Assembly: GCA_001782475.1 (NCBI GenBank)
Contig: MFOT01000014.1
Span: 12,109-76,108 of the forward strand
Source: Candidatus Levybacteria bacterium RIFCSPLOWO2_01_FULL_38_21
GTDB lineage: Bacteria; Patescibacteriota; Microgenomatia; Levybacterales; UBA12049
Length of the DNA stretch: 64,000 bases
Direction of reading: 5' to 3'
The notes beneath the pieces are model-generated. The model saw nothing but the letters and a program-made list of their open reading frames with translations. It made no database searches and had not been told where the DNA came from. Positions 11,788-19,646 of this stretch are shown here, piece by piece. The position numbers were made by a program, and so were the translations under genes. How positions within the stretch are numbered: position 1 is the first letter of the stretch; each line of letters opens with the position of its first letter.

Positions 11788-12612
11788 TTAAGATATAATT
11801 TCTTGAAGTACTGATTTTCTTGCTTTCTTTTCAAAAAAATCATCAAGAAATGTCAGTTGAATTTTTCTTTTATACTTTATATTGAGTGCTTTTTCTATTA
11901 GATAATCGGCAAACTGTGGGTTTTTTGGCAAGATTGGTCCGTGAAGATATGTTCCAAAAGTATTTTTAAATATCGCACCTTCTGTTTTATCGATGCCATT
12001 ATTCCCAAATCCTTTTAAGACTTGCCCAAAGGGCTTTACGTCCTTTCCAAGATACGTTCTTCCTCCATGATTTTCAAAGCCAACTATAATATGTTTTTCT
12101 TCGATCTTTCTATCTCCGACCTCGTAGGTCGTGGGCGTGAGACCTACGAGGTCAACTTCAACAACTATATTCCCAATCAGTCTTTCACTTTTTTCTCCGG
12201 GGTGTTCTGTATGTAGGTCTAGAATACCAAGTCCTGGGATTACATTACCATCTGCTTCTTTGTAGTATTTGCCTAAAAATTGATATGCGCCGCATATATA
12301 AAGTCCAGTGGTGCCAGCCTCTATTTTCTCTTTAAGTAATTTTATTTTATCTTTTGAAAGGTCGTTTGAGACAATTTTTTGTTGCTTGTCTTGTGCGCCT
12401 CCCATGAAAAAAAAATCACAATTTTTAAGTTCCTGCACGGAAAACCCCACGCTTAGTCTTTTTACTTTGGTATTTATACTTCTTAAAAAGCATCTTTTTT
12501 GAATAACAATTATATTTCCGCGATCACCATATGTACTCATTAAATCCGGGTATAGCCATCCAATGGTAAGGGAATATTGATGATTGACGATTGATGATTG
12601 ACGATTTTTCAT
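11788..12612 (-). CDS. gatD: CobQ-like glutamine amidotransferase (lipid II amidation glutaminase subunit)
   Basis: LYPDLMSTYGDRGN, ICGAYQFLG, GFENHGG and YLHGPILPKNP motifs; coupled to murT. Confidence 0.92.
   Translation of the reverse strand: MKNRQSSIVNHQYSLTIGWLYPDLMSTYGDRGNIIVIQKRCFLRSINTKVKRLSVGFSVQELKNCDFFFMGGAQDKQQKIVSNDLSKDKIKLLKEKIEAGTTGLYICGAYQFLGKYYKEADGNVIPGLGILDLHTEHPGEKSERLIGNIVVEVDLVGLTPTTYEVGDRKIEEKHIIVGFENHGGRTYLGKDVKPFGQVLKGFGNNGIDKTEGAIFKNTFGTYLHGPILPKNPQFADYLIEKALNIKYKRKIQLTFLDDFFEKKARKSVLQEIIS
12118..12153. repeat. Double palindrome inside gatD
   Basis: GACCTCGTAGGTC-GTGGGCGTGA-GACCTACGAGGTC; perfect 13-bp inverted repeat. Confidence 0.9.
12576..12606. repeat. 7-bp tandem repeat (ATTGAYG)x4 at the gatD 5' end
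   Basis: ATTGATG ATTGACG ATTGATG ATTGACG ATT; encodes NRQSSIVNHQ. Confidence 0.85.
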
Positions 12613-13898
12613 AAAATTGATTTCCCTGTTAAGATTTTTCTAAGATCCAGCATTGCCGAATATGTAGGAAGAACATATAGCACTTCTTTTCTGTTAATTT
12701 TTTTTAAACCGAATTTTAGTGCTTCTTTATAGTTTTCAAAGACACTTAATTTTTGATGCGAATTCTTAAAAGAATATTTCAATCTTACTGCCATATCGTA
12801 AGTTCTGTCTCCAGATACAAAAATATTTTTAAAACTGTCAATAAAGCGTTCAAAGTCCACATCCCATATCCAAGAAACGTCTCTTCCATCTGGTATTTTA
12901 TTATTTAAAGCGATCAGAATATTTTTTCCTTTAAGTCCTTTAACGGTCATAAGAGACTGATTAAAGCTAACCGGATTTTTAGATAAAAATATCTGAAGCG
13001 TTTTGCCATTTATGTATATTTTCTCCTGTCTTCCGAAAGCGGGCTTAAATTTCTTAAGAACTCTTGTAATAAAATATTGATTAATTCCCAAGCTTTTTGA
13101 TACTAAAACTGCCGCGTTTGTGTTGTAGCGGTTATAAAGACCTGGCAGGGGATACGATACTAATTTTTCAAGATTAGGAATAGGTCTTTTATTATCGCAG
13201 CTTTCACACATCCAATCTCCAAGATGAGAAAATGCAACCCTTTTATATAAGAGTTTTGAACCGCAATTGGGACAGTAGGTAGAATCTGAAGCATGTTCTA
13301 ATTCTGTTTTCCTCATTTCATCTACGCCAAAGTAAAGGACTTTTGCTTTCGATTTTTTACCAAGAGAGGCAATTTGCGGATCATCCGAGTTTAAAACAAG
13401 AGTGGTTTTAGCCTTAAGTTTGCCAAAAGCCTTCCTCCATTTGTCCAAGATAATATTTACTTCTCCGTATCGGTCGAGCTGATCTCTAAATAAATTCAAA
13501 CAGATAATAAAATCAGAAGAGAAAAATTTAAGCAGGGTAGGCAAAGTATTTTCATCAACTTCATAAATCGCGTATTGAAAATTTAAATTTCCAAAAAAAG
13601 TCGAATTTTTTATTATTGATGAGGCAACCCCGTTTATAAGATTTGCGCCTGCTTCGTTGTGGAAAACTTTATTATTATTAGTCTCAAGTATTTCTTTAAT
13701 CAGCTTACCCGTAGTTGTTTTGCCGTTGGTACCTGCAACAAGAATAATTTTAAATTTTCTTTTTGTGAGAGTGTCTTTTAAAAAATTCTTATTAATGCTA
13801 AGAGCTATGTGGCCTGGCCAAGTAGAGCCTGATCCTAGATTTAGAAAACTGCTTAAAAAAACAAATATTTTGCCAAAAAGTATCAGAAAGAGATTCAT
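12609..13898 (-). CDS. murT: Mur-ligase family lipid II isoglutaminyl synthase subunit
   Basis: GTNGKTTT, NLFRDQLDRYGE, CxxC...CxxC and DGRDVSWIWD motifs. Confidence 0.93.
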   Translation of the reverse strand: MNLFLILFGKIFVFLSSFLNLGSGSTWPGHIALSINKNFLKDTLTKRKFKIILVAGTNGKTTTGKLIKEILETNNNKVFHNEAGANLINGVASSIIKNSTFFGNLNFQYAIYEVDENTLPTLLKFFSSDFIICLNLFRDQLDRYGEVNIILDKWRKAFGKLKAKTTLVLNSDDPQIASLGKKSKAKVLYFGVDEMRKTELEHASDSTYCPNCGSKLLYKRVAFSHLGDWMCESCDNKRPIPNLEKLVSYPLPGLYNRYNTNAAVLVSKSLGINQYFITRVLKKFKPAFGRQEKIYINGKTLQIFLSKNPVSFNQSLMTVKGLKGKNILIALNNKIPDGRDVSWIWDVDFERFIDSFKNIFVSGDRTYDMAVRLKYSFKNSHQKLSVFENYKEALKFGLKKINRKEVLYVLPTYSAMLDLRKILTGKSIL

Positions 13899-13926
13899 AG
13901 AATGATTATACCGATTTCGAACAAAA

Positions 13927-14826
13927 TCACATTAAGCGAAGGATTTTTATCCTCTCTTCAATCGGCGGGTGGGTGTTGAAGAGGTTGGCAAACCAACTAC
14001 CTGATATTTTTCCTTTAAAAGGATTGGCTATATATAAATGAGCCGTTGCATTGTTTGCAACCTCGAGTGGCTCTTTGTCTTTGCTTATTTTCTCAAGAGC
14101 GGTAGCTAGTCCTTCCGGATATCGGGTTAAAAGAGCTCCTGATGCATCTGCAAGAAATTCTCGTTTTCGGGATACAGCAAGCTGAATAAGGGTTGCAATA
14201 ATAGGAGATAGAATTGCAAGGACAATCCCGATCAACAAAAAAATTCCCTGAGCATCGCCTCTACCCCTCTCGTTTCTTCTTGATTCTCCATACCAAAGGC
14301 TCCTCATGAAAAAATCAGCCAAAAGCGCTACGAGTCCTACTAAAATTACAACAATAGCCATAAGCCTTATGTCGAAATTTCTAATATGCGACAATTCATG
14401 CGCAATAACTCCTTCAAGCTCTATTTTGTTTAATTTTTGTAAAATCCCTGTAGTTGCACATACAACCGCGTGTTTTGGATCGCGTCCAGTTGCAAATGCG
14501 TTAGGAGCTGAATCATCAATAATATATACTTTTGGCATTGGTATGCCTGCGCCAATACAGAGATTTTCAACAATTCTAAAAAGTTCAGGATTATCGTTTT
14601 TTTTAATTTGCTTTGCCTTTGACATTCCAAGAATTATTTTATCGGAATAATAATAGCTTGCAAAACTCATTACTCCTGAGGTTATAAGAGCCATTCCCGC
14701 AAACGATAAGCCATAACCTGAGGCATTGCCATAAACATAAAGCAATGTTGTTATAAAAATAACAAACAAGGCAATAATCAGCCAAGTTTTTAACTTGTTC
14801 GAGCTAATTTGAGAGTAGATGTTCAT
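13927..14826 (-). CDS. htpX: M48 zinc metalloprotease HtpX
   Basis: PNAFATG, HELSH, SRKREFLAD and THPP motifs. Confidence 0.95.
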   Translation of the reverse strand: MNIYSQISSNKLKTWLIIALFVIFITTLLYVYGNASGYGLSFAGMALITSGVMSFASYYYSDKIILGMSKAKQIKKNDNPELFRIVENLCIGAGIPMPKVYIIDDSAPNAFATGRDPKHAVVCATTGILQKLNKIELEGVIAHELSHIRNFDIRLMAIVVILVGLVALLADFFMRSLWYGESRRNERGRGDAQGIFLLIGIVLAILSPIIATLIQLAVSRKREFLADASGALLTRYPEGLATALEKISKDKEPLEVANNATAHLYIANPFKGKISGSWFANLFNTHPPIEERIKILRLM

Positions 14827-14833
14827 ATCTGGG

Positions 14834-14854
14834 ATCCTTCGCTTTGCTCAGGAT
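14834..14854. repeat. REP-like palindromic element (family A) between lemA and htpX
   Basis: ATCCT-TCGCTTTGCTC-AGGAT. Confidence 0.7.
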
Positions 14855-14863
14855 GGCATTTTT

Positions 14864-15418
14864 TCAGAATGTCACCTTTACCGATTTTCTTTCTCCTTCT
14901 TCTGTCTCGAAGAATTCCTCTTCTTTAAAACCTAATCCACGACCAATAGGGCCACTAGGAAATTTAGCAAGAGTTGCGTTGTAGTCTCTAACATTTGTGT
15001 TATAAAATTGCCTAGCATAAGCAATTTTTGCTTCAATGCCAGAAAGCTCTTCTTGCAGTTTTAAAAAATTTTGAGAAGCTTTAAGATCGGGATAATTTTC
15101 CGATACCGCGAATAAGCTTTTAAGAGCGCCAGATAAAATATTGTCTGATTGGGCTTTCTCATGCGGAGAAGTTGCCTTCATAAGCGATGTACGTGCTTCT
15201 GTTACTTTTTCAAGTAATTCTTTTTCGTGCTTTGCGTATCCTTTGACTGTTTCGACTAGATTTGGAACTAAATCAACACGTCTTTTAAGCTGAACATCAA
15301 TGCCAGAAAAAGCTTCTTTTATTCGAACTTTTCCAGTTGCAAGGCTGTTGTACGTAGACCAAATAAATAAAACTACGGCAACTACAAATCCTACTATAAT
15401 TATCGTGGTTATGTCCAT
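14864..15418 (-). CDS. lemA: LemA family protein
   Basis: IDVQLKRRVDLVPNLV and ENYPDLKA motifs; SD AAGGAGGTGA. Confidence 0.96.
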   Translation of the reverse strand: MDITTIIIVGFVVAVVLFIWSTYNSLATGKVRIKEAFSGIDVQLKRRVDLVPNLVETVKGYAKHEKELLEKVTEARTSLMKATSPHEKAQSDNILSGALKSLFAVSENYPDLKASQNFLKLQEELSGIEAKIAYARQFYNTNVRDYNATLAKFPSGPIGRGLGFKEEEFFETEEGERKSVKVTF

Positions 15419-17191
15419 TTATAACTCACCTCCTTTTAGCCATTTCATAAAATGATTATACCCTAATGTATTTAATATGTCATTTTTCCCAGCCCACCCA
15501 CGCCTTGCCATTGCTACACCGTATCTCATGAGATTCATCTCCGCGGTTGAATGACTGTCTGTATTAATTACCAACCTTACACCGTTTTGGATAGCTTGTC
15601 GAATTAAATCATCTGGCAAATCAAGGCGAGCAGGCCAGCTGTTAATTTCCAAAGCTTTATTAAATTTTTTACAAAAAGCAAAAACTTCATTCCAGTTGAG
15701 TTCATACCCCGGTCTTTCATTAAGCATTCTGCCTGTAGGATGGGCAAGTATTTTTGCTTTTTTATGAGATAATCCTTTTAATATTCTTTTTGTCATTGTG
15801 TGTTTGTTCATATTAAATAAACTGTGAATTGAGACTATTGCGCCATCCAAAAGATCCAGACATTTATTATCGATTGCTAGGCTTCCATTGGGTAAGATGT
15901 CAACTTCGAGTAATTTAAATATACGAACATTATTAATGTTCGAATTTATTTGTTCAATATTCTTATTTCTTTTTGATATTATCGCGTATACCTCACTTGA
16001 TTCATGCTTTGATATACTTGGGTTGTGTTCGGAAAATCCAATATATTCGTAACCAAGTTCTTTTGCCTTAGTCATCATTTCTTGTATAGAATTTTTACCA
16101 AGGTCGTGACTAGGCTCAATTGGGAAACTTGAGTGAATATGCAAGTCTCCCTTGATGTCTTCAAGCTCTATTAATTTAGGCAACTTATGGGAAACTGCAA
16201 GCTCAATTTCTCCGGTATTTTCTCTAATTTCAGGAGGAATCCATTCCATTCCAAGAAAATTATAAAATTTCCTTTCGGTATCAAACTTTTGAAGCTTTTT
16301 TATTCTTCCCACTTTAATGCCATATTCGGAAAGAGACAATCCTTTTTTGATCGCATATTCGCGAAGAGCTATGTTATGGCTCTTACTGCCTGTAAAATGT
16401 TGAAGTAAAGATCCAAAAGCTTCAGGAGGTTGGACCATAAGATCGATTTGCCTCCCTCCTGAAACAAGCATGGAGGCTGTGATATCACCCTTTTCTATCA
16501 CTCTTTCTTTATGAGGGTAAGAAATAAAATGAGAAATAACAGACTGCGGGTTATTTGAGGAAACTGCAATATCTATATCACCAACAGTTGCCATTTTCCT
16601 TCTTAAGCTTCCAAGCGGTTCGGCTGTTATAACAAATTTTGATTTTTTAAGATAATCGACGATCTTTTCAGCAATTTCCTGAGCGTAGGGAAGCACCATT
16701 CTGGTTGTTTTTCCCTTACCCTCTCTAAATTCCGAAATCGCTCTTAAAATATCACCTTGGGATTTTTGTCCAAAACCGTCAAGGAAGGCAATTTTGCCCT
16801 GTTTTGCCGCTTTCTCAAGCTCATAAATTGCAGTTTCGGGATTATCTAATTTGAATTCTTTAACAAGTTTATATGCTCTTTTGGGCCCAAAACCCGGAAT
16901 TTCCAAAAGAGGAAATACCGAAGCTGGTATTCCTTTTAGCGCCCACTTAAAATGCTTTACCTCACCCTTCTTGAATAGCTCTATGAGGTGAGATCTTATG
17001 GTATTTCCGATCCCAGGCAGAGTATCGAGCTTATTTTCATAATAAAAATCCTTAATTTCGGAAGTTAAATTTGCGATTGTATCAGATGCTTTTTGATAAG
17101 CAATAATTTGAAAGCGGAATTTTTTTTCGTTCTTAATCGTATAAGCTGCTGCAATATTTCTTAAAAGTTTTGAAACCTGTTCGTTAGTCAT
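15419..17191 (-). CDS. polX: DNA polymerase X with PHP domain
   Basis: GSLRR, GDIDI, FTGSKSHN, PPEIRE; PHP motifs DLHIHS and INTDSH. Confidence 0.95.
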   Translation of the reverse strand: MTNEQVSKLLRNIAAAYTIKNEKKFRFQIIAYQKASDTIANLTSEIKDFYYENKLDTLPGIGNTIRSHLIELFKKGEVKHFKWALKGIPASVFPLLEIPGFGPKRAYKLVKEFKLDNPETAIYELEKAAKQGKIAFLDGFGQKSQGDILRAISEFREGKGKTTRMVLPYAQEIAEKIVDYLKKSKFVITAEPLGSLRRKMATVGDIDIAVSSNNPQSVISHFISYPHKERVIEKGDITASMLVSGGRQIDLMVQPPEAFGSLLQHFTGSKSHNIALREYAIKKGLSLSEYGIKVGRIKKLQKFDTERKFYNFLGMEWIPPEIRENTGEIELAVSHKLPKLIELEDIKGDLHIHSSFPIEPSHDLGKNSIQEMMTKAKELGYEYIGFSEHNPSISKHESSEVYAIISKRNKNIEQINSNINNVRIFKLLEVDILPNGSLAIDNKCLDLLDGAIVSIHSLFNMNKHTMTKRILKGLSHKKAKILAHPTGRMLNERPGYELNWNEVFAFCKKFNKALEINSWPARLDLPDDLIRQAIQNGVRLVINTDSHSTAEMNLMRYGVAMARRGWAGKNDILNTLGYNHFMKWLKGGEL

Positions 17192-17212
17192 TTAAGAAAT
17201 GATATCAAAGCA

Positions 17213-17264
17213 TTGATATTTCGACAAGGCTCAATATCAATCCTGAGTTACATCGAAGGATTGA
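17213..17264. repeat. Two overlapping family-A palindromes in the polX/tRNA-Asp divergent spacer
   Basis: TTGATATT-TCGACAAGGCTC-AATATCAA and TCAATCCT-GAGTTACATCGA-AGGATTGA. Confidence 0.8.
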
Positions 17265-17300
17265 CTATAATTCAATTATTTGTTAGGATACTTGAGGCTT

Positions 17301-17375
17301 GGGGTGGTAGCTCAGTTTGGCTAGAGCGCTTCCCTGTCACGGAAGAGGTCGCGGGTTCGAGTCCCGTTCACCCCG
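17301..17375 (+). tRNA. tRNA-Asp(GTC)
   Basis: Cloverleaf; anticodon arm CTTCC-CTGTCAC-GGAAG; T-loop TTCGAGT; CCA not encoded. Confidence 0.97.
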
Positions 17376-17429
17376 CAAAAAATGTAATTCCTGCCAAGCC
17401 TCTAAAACTTCTGCTCAGAAAGGAGGTAT

Positions 17430-18035
17430 ATGCCAAAACAAGGTAGAAAAAAAACAAAAGAGGGTAGTAAAAATAATTTCTTTTTTAAAATTAAATGGAG
17501 TGAATCGTATGTCAGTCTTTTGTTGGGGCTTGTAGTAATTGTTGCTGTTGCAGCTTTGGGAATAATTTTTGTAAAATCGCAAAGAACTACAGAGACGAGT
17601 TCAACGCAGCTTAATCCTTCTATTCAGATTCAAGAAGAAAAAAACGCAAATAAGGATAGCAATCAAAAGACATACACAATAAAACAGGGAGACAATCTTT
17701 GGACAATATCGGAAAATTTCTACAAATCTGGGTATAATTGGGTAGATATTGCAAAAGTAAACAATCTGGAAAATCCGGGAATGATTTTCGCAAGAAATAA
17801 ACTCGTGATCCCAAAAGTAGAACCAAAAATTATTACTGTTATCACTTCGGAAAAACAAGAGATAGGCAAATCCATTGCCGGAAATTTCTATACTATCGAG
17901 AAAGGCGACAATCTTTGGGATATAGCAGTAAGAGCTTACGGAGACGGATTTTCATGGACAAGGATTGCAAAGGCAAACAGCTTAGACAATCCCGATTTAA
18001 TATTCTCAGGAAATGTTTTAAAAATCCCGCGGTAG
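17430..18035 (+). CDS. Membrane-anchored protein with two LysM domains
   Basis: One TM helix, two YTIxxGDNLW...NP..I..G/RN.L.IP repeats; SD AAGGAGGT. Confidence 0.92.
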   Translation: MPKQGRKKTKEGSKNNFFFKIKWSESYVSLLLGLVVIVAVAALGIIFVKSQRTTETSSTQLNPSIQIQEEKNANKDSNQKTYTIKQGDNLWTISENFYKSGYNWVDIAKVNNLENPGMIFARNKLVIPKVEPKIITVITSEKQEIGKSIAGNFYTIEKGDNLWDIAVRAYGDGFSWTRIAKANSLDNPDLIFSGNVLKIPR

Positions 18036-18054
18036 TTTGATATAATAAACTTGC

Positions 18055-18126
18055 GCGGTGGTAGTTCAGTGGTAGAATGTCTCCTTCCCAAGGAGAAGGT
18101 CGCCGGTTCGAATCCGGTCCACCGCT
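18055..18126 (+). tRNA. tRNA-Gly(CCC)
   Basis: Acceptor GCGGTGG/CCACCGC; anticodon arm TCTCC-TTCCCAA-GGAGA; U73. Confidence 0.96.
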
Positions 18127-18167
18127 CAAAGGAAGCAACGGAACGTCTATTATTTCCCGCTCAAACA

Positions 18168-18782
18168 ATGAAAGAAAAATTTGTTAAACCAGATGATCCA
18201 GTTCTTGTAAAGATAGCTCAAGGGATTAAACCAGAGGAAGTTGAATCTCCAGAAACAGCTGCAATAATTGAATGCGTGATTGATGTCGTTTACGGTAAGC
18301 AGGCAGACAGAAATAAACCTCTTTTGGTTGGGTTAGCTGCTCCCCAAATAGGTATTTCTAGAAGAATTGTTCTAATCGATGTTGCTGCTAGAGGAAAAGG
18401 TAATATTGGTGACTTAAGAGTCTACATAAACCCGGAGATTGTTTGGAAGTCAGAGCAAGAAAGTGAATGGTATGAGGGATGTTATCCTACAAGTAGAGTC
18501 TGTGGAATTGTTTCAAGACCTACAAGAATAAGAATATTAGGACTAACTCAGGAAGGGAAGTCAATTGAAGAAGAACACGAAGGATATACTGCCAGGATAT
18601 TTCAACATGAAATAGATCACTTAAATGGCATAGAATTTGTTTCCCATATTACCGATGATGATAAATTACATTGGGTAGAGGAGGAAGAATTTCCAGAATA
18701 TAGAAACAATGAGGGTTGGAGAAAGTGGTCTAAAAAATGTCCTCGCGAGAAGTGGGAAAAGATTAAAGGTATCCAACAATAA
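18168..18782 (+). CDS. def: Peptide deformylase (divergent)
   Basis: GLAAPQIG, EGCYP (canonical EGCLS) and QHEIDH; start moved to ATG 18168 because the longer ORF overlaps tRNA-Gly. Confidence 0.88.
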   Translation: MKEKFVKPDDPVLVKIAQGIKPEEVESPETAAIIECVIDVVYGKQADRNKPLLVGLAAPQIGISRRIVLIDVAARGKGNIGDLRVYINPEIVWKSEQESEWYEGCYPTSRVCGIVSRPTRIRILGLTQEGKSIEEEHEGYTARIFQHEIDHLNGIEFVSHITDDDKLHWVEEEEFPEYRNNEGWRKWSKKCPREKWEKIKGIQQ

Positions 18783-18857
18783 CCAGAATCCTTCTCTCTG
18801 AACGATTTGATAAATTCAAAAGCCTCTGGTCAAAAGCCGTAAACGCAATGTTAAATG

Positions 18858-18890
18858 TTCCCAATTGACGGGGTTTCTGTGATTTGATAA
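18858..18890 (+). repeat. Direct repeat copy 1 (degenerate pyrG promoter copy)
   Basis: 30/33 identical to 19606-19638. Confidence 0.85.
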
Positions 18891-18949
18891 CAGATTTTAG
18901 TTGCAAGGATTCCAAAACTTTTAATACTAACAATTGTCAATGTTCTTAC

Positions 18950-18978
18950 TTGACTGTATGCAATATATGTGTTATTGT
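18950..18978 (+). promoter_or_regulatory. Promoter convergent on the NYN gene 3' end
   Basis: TTGACT-17 bp-TATTGT with extended -10 TG; no + strand ORF downstream. Confidence 0.6.
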
Positions 18979-18984
18979 GTAATT

Positions 18985-19047
18985 AATCATTAGGGAGAAA
19001 ACGAACCTTAGACTACGTGTCTATGAGCAACGCCTCCCATTTTTTTT
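18985..19047 (+). ncRNA. Putative ~60-nt antisense sRNA overlapping the NYN stop codon
   Basis: Promoter upstream; GGGAG/CTCCC closing stem; TAGAC/GTCTA apical stem; T8 tract. Confidence 0.5.
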
Positions 19048-19562
19048 GGTTTAAATTCAAGCTTATTTTTATCGTAAATAATAAAAGTCTTATATTTTTG
19101 AAACGGTTTCAATAAAGACGACTCGGATTTAACATTTGGGATAACTATTATTAATAATTTTCCTTTCCCAACTAAGAATTCGTGCAGGCAGTAAAAATCT
19201 CCATCTCCCGATACTATTACCGCTTTATCATAATTTTTGTATTCAACAGCAGCTGAATATAATACTAATTCTGCATCTACATTTCCTTTTGGCTTACCCT
19301 GATTGTCTTTAACCGTAGGCTTAAAAACTAGATCATAGCCATATGATCTTAGTTTTTTGTACATTCTTTCATTTTGCTTAATATAACCGATAAAAAGAAA
19401 AGCTTTTTTTACCCTAAACTTGTCAGATAAATATTTTCTAAATTTTTTAAAATCCAACCTCCATCCTCTGTATATTAACTTCTTATTGCGATAAAGATTC
19501 TTACTAGTACCTAAATTCAAATTTTGACTATCAACAAAGGCATAAACTACTTCTTTTTTCAT
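19008..19562 (-). CDS. NYN domain (LabA/DUF88, PIN-like) ribonuclease
   Basis: AFVDSQNL, KGNVDAEL and VSGDGDF acidic motifs intact; start set at Met18 of the track ORF. Confidence 0.92.
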   Translation of the reverse strand: MKKEVVYAFVDSQNLNLGTSKNLYRNKKLIYRGWRLDFKKFRKYLSDKFRVKKAFLFIGYIKQNERMYKKLRSYGYDLVFKPTVKDNQGKPKGNVDAELVLYSAAVEYKNYDKAVIVSGDGDFYCLHEFLVGKGKLLIIVIPNVKSESSLLKPFQKYKTFIIYDKNKLEFKPKKMGGVAHRHVV

Positions 19563-19605
19563 CACAAATCTATAATAACACAAAAGCTTGCTATCGAGTT
19601 GGAAA

Positions 19606-19641
19606 TTCCCCATTGACGGGGTTTTTCTGATTTGATAAGAT
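19606..19641 (+). promoter_or_regulatory. pyrG promoter (direct repeat copy 2)
   Basis: TTGACG-17 bp-TAAGAT, then 5 nt to GTG. Confidence 0.7.
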
Positions 19642-19646
19642 AAATC

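Noticed and set aside
17213-17535. ORFs 17213-17446 and 17317-17535
   Set aside because: They run through tRNA-Asp and the palindromic repeats.
18051-18167. N-terminal extension of def
   Set aside because: It is a translation of tRNA-Gly; ATG 18168 is the better start.
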